In this document: positions 56,901-64,000 of the stretch, piece by piece
Position numbering within the stretch: position 1 is the first letter of the stretch
Layout of the letters: each line of letters starts with the position of its first letter
From: Marsupella aquatica
Taxonomy: Eukaryota > Plantae > Marchantiophyta
Assembly (NCBI GenBank): GCA_973895155.1
Contig: OZ316894.1
Span: 23,310,709-23,374,708, forward strand
Direction: 5' to 3'
Length of the DNA: 64,000 nt
Notes under the pieces: model-generated
What the model was told of the DNA's origin: nothing
The model's database searches: none
The model's input: only the letters and a program-made list of their open reading frames with translations
Made by a program: the position numbers and the translations under genes

Positions 56901-59559
56901 CTTCTCCAAATATTCTTTTGCACAGGGTCGACTTTCGGAACCCTGGACATGTTTATGGAAGGTTAGTTATTTGAAACGATGATCTCAAGATGGACTGAAC
57001 AACCTCTCAAAGATTTTTGGCATTCTCGTCATGTGTATAGAAAAGCCCTCTCACCTGCATTAATCCTAAATAACGGCAAGCCTAAATTCTCGTGGATCAA
57101 CCTCACCCTGGAGTCAAGGTCTAGAGATGTCACTCTAGACTATAGACATGAGATTTGTATTACTACCCCATGACCCCTTGTAAATAATAAAATTTTTGTT
57201 CAATTGCTATTTTTGTTAGTCTTTGCCCCATCCTTGTTTTTTGTCCATTCTCATTTCAATTTTATTTTTATTTAGAGTCAATGTCACTTTTGTCAATCCT
57301 CATTTAAAATTTTGTCTTTATTGAGCCTCATTATCAGTTTTGTCTGTATTGGGACTTTTGTCAATCCTCATTTAAAATTTTGACTTTATTGAGTCTCATT
57401 ATCGGTTTTGTCTGTATTGGGAGTTATTATCTAGAGGTAAATGAGAAACACGCCTAGGATGTTCGAGTAGCATTAGGCCAAGATAAGTACAGTGCAAAGG
57501 AGGGGGAGGGCTATAACATTCTAGGAATCATCCGTCAAAAAATAGTACCGATGTGCTTTGGTTTGATAGATTTGTTGGAGACCGTTTTCTTTGAAGGTTG
57601 TGCTCCCATAGACCACCACATTTGACAAAAATGATCGATGCTCCCATTCATCATGTACATGGATCACTCTGAAATGAAGCTCAGATAGCAGTTTTCCATC
57701 CCGTTTTCCATTGTATAATGGTCATTGTTTGGGTTTGGTAAAATCATTGGTAGAGTGGAATGCCAATGTCAAACATTATAGTCTGTCCCAGCATCAACAT
57801 CCACTTTCTTTCCTTGGTGTCGAAAGCATTTAAATCAGTTGCAAGAGAATTGCTGGCAGGAGACAGGAGTTAACCTAACTGAGAATGCTAAAAAAATTCA
57901 AGATGAAGGAATCTGGGCATCCTTGTAAAGGTGGCTACCTTTTGAGCAAACTTGGAGATGCGCTCCCTGGCTTTGAATTGTTCTCGGTTGTTCTCTTAGA
58001 ACACTGGGAAGCAATTAGTTTGTGAACCCCCGGGGGTGAACCTCCTACTTAATATGTTTGCTTTAATACTTGTAATGAAGCTGATGCTCGATCTATGTCG
58101 CCTAGTTTTTTACTTTTTTACTTTAGAAACTACTGCCTACATTGCAGAGTAAGCATCACATTAATAATGCTTAGAAATCTCAAAATTTTCATCACAGTTA
58201 TTTTGAGGTCTCATAAGCACACTTAAATGCTACTTTGTTTCTTCAGTAATTATTTATGTTTTGTTCAAGGCACGGTAATAACTGTAAACATTTGGCTAAA
58301 TGCTGCTAAAATCTTACATTCTGGAGCTCCTTGCAAACTGACACGAAAAGAAAAAAGAGGGACCTGTACCAAGCAAAAATTGTCAAATTCTACATTTAAT
58401 TAGTTGCAATTGAACTTGCCAGATCTTTGAAGATTTGATGGTTTGTCCTGAAAGCCCCACTAGCCCCCATGCAAAATCTGCTGGATCCAGGTTATCAAAA
58501 TAAATCCAAAATTTTCTCAAGAAACTAAAAAAATTACACTCTTTGTCCTCCCCAAACCTGATGGCCTGTGACTGTTTAACATGAATAAAGATATTTTTTT
58601 TATCATATTAAAACCATAATAAAGGTTGCACCCTTTTTTGCCGTGGTTGTCGTTTAAAAATGCCAGGCCGTTTTGGGTGAGAAAAATTGAAGCAGGAAAA
58701 ACAGAAGGAAGACCCTGGAAAAAAGCATCCCTAGTACGCTAAAAGTACCACAACCCTCCCGCCACGCCATGATCAATCATGCCTTGGCCTGACTACAAGC
58801 GGCCCAAAATCAAATAGGAGCCAGGCCCCAATGAGCAAGGCCAGAGTAGCCAGCCTGGGAGCCAGGCCCGACATTGGGAGGGAGGGGCAACTCACACCCG
58901 GACTCGCAAGGAGCCCGGCAAGGAGGAAGGGAGGATCCAGGCCCGACTGTGAGGAGGGAGGGAGGATGAGGAGCGAACCTGGAGCAAGCTGCGAAAAGGG
59001 AGCGCTGTAGCGAGGGAGTGAGTAGGGAGCAACGATGGCAGGGAGGGAGTGACCATCAAGGATGAGGGAGGAGTGAGTGCCGATGAGTGCGGTCCGGCCA
59101 ACTCCCCCCAACACAAGGCCCAATCGCCGACCGACCAGCAAGCCGGGCTGACGAGCAATGACCCGGCAGTTTCAGCTACGGAGCCGAGTAAACTTGGATG
59201 AGGCTACCAAAGGGGTTCCATGCAAGGTCTGTTGAAAATCTCGAGGGTCTCACTACATAGAGGCACCCCCCCCCATCACATGCAATGTTTTTAAGCCCTG
59301 CACCCCCTAAACTGTAAGAATTTTAAAAAAAAATTAACCCTATAAAGTTAGAATATTCTTGGAATATTCCCAAACTTTGATTAAAAGTACCCTAATCTTC
59401 TTACAAGACTCCAAATTGGATTTAAAAGACCCTAAAGTTCTTCCACAAAAATTTCTAAGTCTTCCCTTAAAACCAATAAAACTACCTTATTCTTCGTCGC
59501 ACGTGATGTGCCATTCTATGGAAGTGAAACCCCCAAGTTGAAAAGTGGGCTGAGTGGTG

Positions 59560-60130
59560 CCATTTCCCCAAGGGGTCTTGGCATTGGGGTGGCCAAAGCC
59601 GAGTAAGCGATGGTGGCAACTTTAAGCAAACTAAGCTTCAAGTAACCAAAACTGGGGTTACCATGCCAATGGAGTTCGAGGATGCAAGGGTTGGCAAAAA
59701 AGAGATGTTGAAAACTCAGCAAAGCGGTGCTGTTGCCCCAAAGCCAATTAACTGGTTGCGGCGACTTTAAGCAAAGGAAGCCAAAAATAAAATAAAAAGT
59801 AAGCTTAAAGTAACCAAAACTGGGGTCACCAATGGGGTTTAAGGATTTACAGGTGGCAAAAAAGGGCCGTTGAAATGTCAGCCAAGCCGGGCCGTTGCCC
59901 CAAGGGGTCTGGGCATTGGGGCAGCCAAAGCCAAGTATGCGACCACAACAATTTAAGTTAAAAAGGTTAAAGTATCCAAAAAATTGGGGTACCCTGCAAT
60001 TGGGTTCCAGAGCCAGTATTTAGGGGTGGCAGAAAAGTATCGTTGAAGATTAGGCCAAGCCATGCTATTCCCCCAAGGGGTCTCGGCATTAGGGCAGCCG
60101 AGAGGGCAGCCGAAGCCAAGTAAGCAAACA
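59560..60130 (+). repeat. Degenerate ~165-170-bp tandem repeat (~3.5 units)
   Basis: cccaaggggtct.ggcatt.ggg..gcc.aagcc.agta...aagtaaccaaaactggggt..cc...gg..gcaaaaaag...gttgaa occurs at ~59567, 59737 (partial), 59899 and 60071. Confidence 0.7.
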
Positions 60131-60787
60131 TGGCTTGATATGATGGAACCCCGAAACAGAATATTGACTAACTTAAAATGCCTTTGATTTAAAGTGCCCA
60201 TCCTTGCAGATTAGAATTAGCAGCATCTGATCTCATCCATCAATTGAATCTGTCAACATGATTGCACCATATCTTGTGACTGTTGTGCACCATAGTCCAC
60301 CATCCTCTCCCTTAGCTTAGCCAGTAATTGATCCAAATCCAACTACAACACACTGACCGACCAAACGAGAAGTATGACCTGCTAATGAGAAGTGTGTTTT
60401 TGATTTTGCGAAAAATGGTGGAAATTACACTTTTTTTCCGCAAAAACTCAATCTGGCGCAAGAATCCAATTTATGATCCAATATGTGATTCCAAATATGG
60501 ATAATTTTTGTCCAAAAATGCCAAATCAGGGAAATCTCCAAATCCGTTACACTTAACCATTCTCGCAAATGAATATCTTTGGTTTGCTAAAACAACTCTT
60601 ATTCCCCACTACCTTTTTGCGTTTCAATGTCATCAAACCAAAACATCAGAAAACTCTAGAATTGACTTCTTTTGCTTCACAAGGATTCTGAAAAGTAGAT
60701 ACACTGTATCCACTTTTCGATTCAAAATGGTCATTCACACCCAAAACAAGTTGTTTCAATTGCTCTGGATCCGTCGGGGTTATCAAT

Positions 60788-62176
60788 CGACTCCAAAAAA
60801 TGCAATATGAATATGAAACTGGATCCATGGATCCATTTTTTTGGACCGACTCCAAAAACGCAATATGAATTATACCAAACTGGATCCATGGATCCATGTT
60901 TTGGACCGACTCCAAAAATGCAATATATGAATACCAAACTGGATTGGTGGATCCATTTTTGCCAACCAACTCCAAAACACTCAATATGAATACCAAATTG
61001 CATCCATGGATCCACTTTTTTGGACCGACTCCAAAAATGCTTTCAACGGAATTGCGCCTTGCCTTAGAGTTGACCGTAGTTAGTTAGGGATATCCATAGT
61101 CGAGCAATATATTGAGTGTTAACTCTACAAACCAACAACCTGGAAAAGCCCAAGCCGAACACAATCATGGATCCCAGAAATCAACTCCAAAAATGCAATA
61201 TGAATACCAAATTGGATTGATGGATCCAATTTTTCCCAACTGACTCCAAAACACTCAATATGAATACCAAACTGGATCAATGGATCCATTTTTCCGACCA
61301 ACTCCAACCACGCAATCTGAATACCAAACTGGATCGATGGATCCATTTTTCCAACCGGCTCCAAAAAATGCAATATGAATATGAAACTGGATCCATGGAT
61401 CCATTTTTTTGGACCAACTCCAAAAACACAATATGAATACCAAACTGGATCGATGGATCCATTTTTCCGACCGACTCCAAAAAATGCAATATGAATATGA
61501 AACTCGATCCATGGATCCAAATTTTTGGACCGACTCCAAAAATGCAATATGAATACCAAACTGGATCGCTGGATCCATTTTTCCGACCAACTCCAAAAAA
61601 TGCAATATGAGTATGAAACTCGATCCATGGATCCAAATTTTTGGACTGACTCCAAAAATGCAATATGAATACCAAACTGGATCAATGGATCCATTTTTCC
61701 GACCGACTCCAAAAAATGCAATATGAATATGAAACTCGATCCATGGATCCAAATTTTTGGACCGACTCCAAAAACGCAATATGAATACCAAACTCGATCG
61801 ATGGATCCATTTTTTTATCAACTCCAAAAAATGCAATATGAATATGAATTTTTTTGGACCGACTCCAAAAATGCAATATGAATACCAAACTGGATCCATG
61901 GATCCATGTTTTGGACCGACTCCAAAAATGCAATATGAATACCAAACTGGATCCATGGATCCATGTTTTGGACCGACTCCAAAAATGCAATATATGAATA
62001 CCAAACTGGATAGGTGGATCCATTTTTTCCAACCAACTACAAAACACTCAATATGAATACCAAACTGGATCCATGGATCCACTTTTTTGGACCCACTTTC
62101 AACAGAATTGCACCTTGCCTTAGAGTTGACCGTAGTTAGTTAAGTTTAGGGATATCCACAGTCGAGCAATATATTG
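60788..62176. repeat. ~60-bp satellite with palindromic GGATCCATGGATCC core, in two blocks that share a duplicated exit sequence
   Basis: Unit gactccaaaaatgcaatatgaataccaaactggatccatggatccattttttggacc. Block 1 spans ~60788-61040 (~4 units) and block 2 ~61168-62096 (~15 units). Both are followed by tttcaac.gaattgc.ccttgccttagagttgaccgtagttagtta...ggatatcca.agtcgagcaatatattg. Confidence 0.92.
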
Positions 62177-63677
62177 GAATCACCACACGGGCAATGTAAA
62201 GTTTGGACGTTTACACGGGTTTGGGCTTTTTGAGCGTCCAAAATGCTCGTTTGATCCAAAAGTGGATACTCGGATCCACTTTAGTATTCAATTGTTATTT
62301 TCTTTGAATTTTTTTTCTATCAAAAGGGTTTTTCCTCAGGAATACCAAATCCGTATCTGACCATTTTTTGCCTTAGAAAGGTTTTTGGCCACTGGAAAAA
62401 CGCTTGGTCTGTCAATGTGTTCGACCCCAAAATACACAAAACACTTCTGCCCATTTCCCCAAATTGTTGGCAAAGGAAGGCCATAATGCAAATTACTGGT
62501 TCAGAAGTTTCAATTATAGTCAACTAGTCCATGCCTACCCATCGAACTACTAACTAAGGTTTACACCTTGTCTACACCCTACTTACACTGTCTTCCATTA
62601 TACTACGTTTACATCAAGATTTAAACACTGTCTTTGGCTTGGAACTCCACTCTTACAGTTTACAGGTCATCCAAATTGCCTCAACCTCGGTTCCAAATCG
62701 AGCTTTACACTGACTTACCGCGAGTTTTACAGATCTAGAAGGAGAGATGTAAAACGACCTTCGTGTTCTCTAGCTGTGGAGCTTTACTCGAATGCGTCCT
62801 GTTGTCCTTCCCAGCATTTTGATTTGGATCACAGATTTCAGATTCTCGTCAACTGGCTTGGCTGAATCTGCGAGTGTCCTGCGCAATGCTATGGCGCCCC
62901 GATCTCCCTAGCCTGCAATTAACTGCATCGCGCTTTCCCGTGTCTTTCCTCCAGGCAGCCGCCGCCATCCACTTCGGTTTTGATCTACAGATTTCGGATA
63001 ATTGTTCATGTCTATTCCTCCAGATTAACTGACGTTAACGTCGTTATGGTCACTTGCCCTCTCGAAATGAACCCAGGCTCTATACTTAGCAGTTATATAT
63101 TTTACAACGCCTCTGAGCTCGGCTGTTTCTTGATTGAACGTGGCTCTTCAATTAGTGCGCTTCGCTATTTAGATTTCCGAGTTCCCCATCAGTGCTATCA
63201 ATGCTGAGACTGTATTTTTCCATTTGACTGGCTTAGCTTGTCAGCCATGTCTGATTGAAGCTACAGCCCATGGTCTGTTGTCCAGTTGTGTCTCTTTTTT
63301 GATCCAGCAGTTGCGTCTGTGCTCACTTTTACGTTCCTCTCTATTGGCTGCTCCAGGCCACTGCCCCCTCCACTGTTTCAATCCACTGATCAGATCGTCA
63401 AAGCTGTTTCAATCATGGGTGATGCTGAGTCGCTCAAATGTGGTCTTGGCTCCAACTTGAACACCACTTTTCATTGGTAAAGTTTTCGTCCTCTTCTGAA
63501 TTGCATCTAAAGCATTAAAATTCTTGGATATATTGGGGTAGAGAGCAGTTCTGTTCAAAGAAGATGATAAGGGATAATTTATAATAGGATAAGAATCTCT
63601 GCAGTTCACGGATTGCTTCTCCATTTTGAATATTGATAGCGTGTCAATATATACGGGATCTGTGCACTATCTTGGAT

Positions 63678-63755
63678 AGATCTGGCTCAAAAAATTAAAA
63701 AATAAAATCAGATCTGGCTCACAAAATTAAAAAATAAAATCAGATCTGGCTCACA
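63678..63755 (+). repeat. ~32-bp tandem repeat (~2.5 copies)
   Basis: agatctggctca.aaaattaaaaaataaaatc is repeated. Confidence 0.8.
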
Positions 63756-64000
63756 CTCCTCTTTACTCGCTTGACTTGGGAAAACTTTAGGTATCAATTA
63801 ACAAAACTGGTTCCTTTTCATCAACTCATGGTCGAAATCCTCACCGTCTATCTCTAGAACTGCTGTGCATTCAATTTCAATTCGATATGATTGAAAATTT
63901 TGTAGTCACTTTGAGTAGAAGTAAAATAAAATCTAACGTTACTAGCTGAACGTACCAATTCTGCGCCAGCATTGATCGATCGTTTCCCTCTCAAGTTTTT

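Noticed and set aside
58773-59158. 122-aa and 88-aa minus-strand ORFs
   Set aside because: This is GA-rich low-complexity sequence in a repeat-dense region with no motifs.
60646-62082. Long minus-strand ORFs (up to 275 aa)
   Set aside because: They are translations of the ~60-bp satellite and open in several frames at once.
60788-62096. CRISPR array (regular palindromic repeats)
   Set aside because: The sequences between palindromes are themselves repeated, so there are no unique spacers. There are no cas genes and the context is eukaryotic.
62850-63630. Gene near the window end
   Set aside because: All frames are interrupted by stops, and no supportable exon structure exists within the window.

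Overview
This is eukaryotic land-plant genomic DNA with spliceosomal introns. A bryophyte, probably a liverwort, is my inference from gene style, not something the sequence proves. I reconstructed six protein-coding genes by hand from splice sites and exon phase: a 6(7)-exon gene of unknown function (1438-6996), an intronless LEA_2/NHL-type gene (10800-11495), ORC3 (12 exons, E2F site upstream, one GC-AG intron), serine palmitoyltransferase LCB2 (12 exons, one GC-AG intron) and a tandem pair of G-type lectin (S-domain) non-RD receptor-like kinases. Intergenic DNA is rich in mobile-element remnants: two long-armed foldback MITEs, a 5'-truncated RLE-type (CRE/R2-group) non-LTR retrotransposon inside a tandem repeat upstream of LCB2, a Ty1/copia RT relic, tRNA-derived SINEs, a family with asymmetric GGACCCCCAT-containing ends, and a ~60-bp palindromic satellite. 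The most notable observations are (i) a sharply bounded near-identical tract across the lectin/EGF ectodomains of the two RLKs, (ii) the retrotransposon insertion beside a motif shared with the MITE termini, (iii) the clean multi-exon gene I cannot assign, and (iv) the higher-order palindromic satellite. I saw no CRISPR array or prokaryotic system. All counts are by eye and no database search was run.
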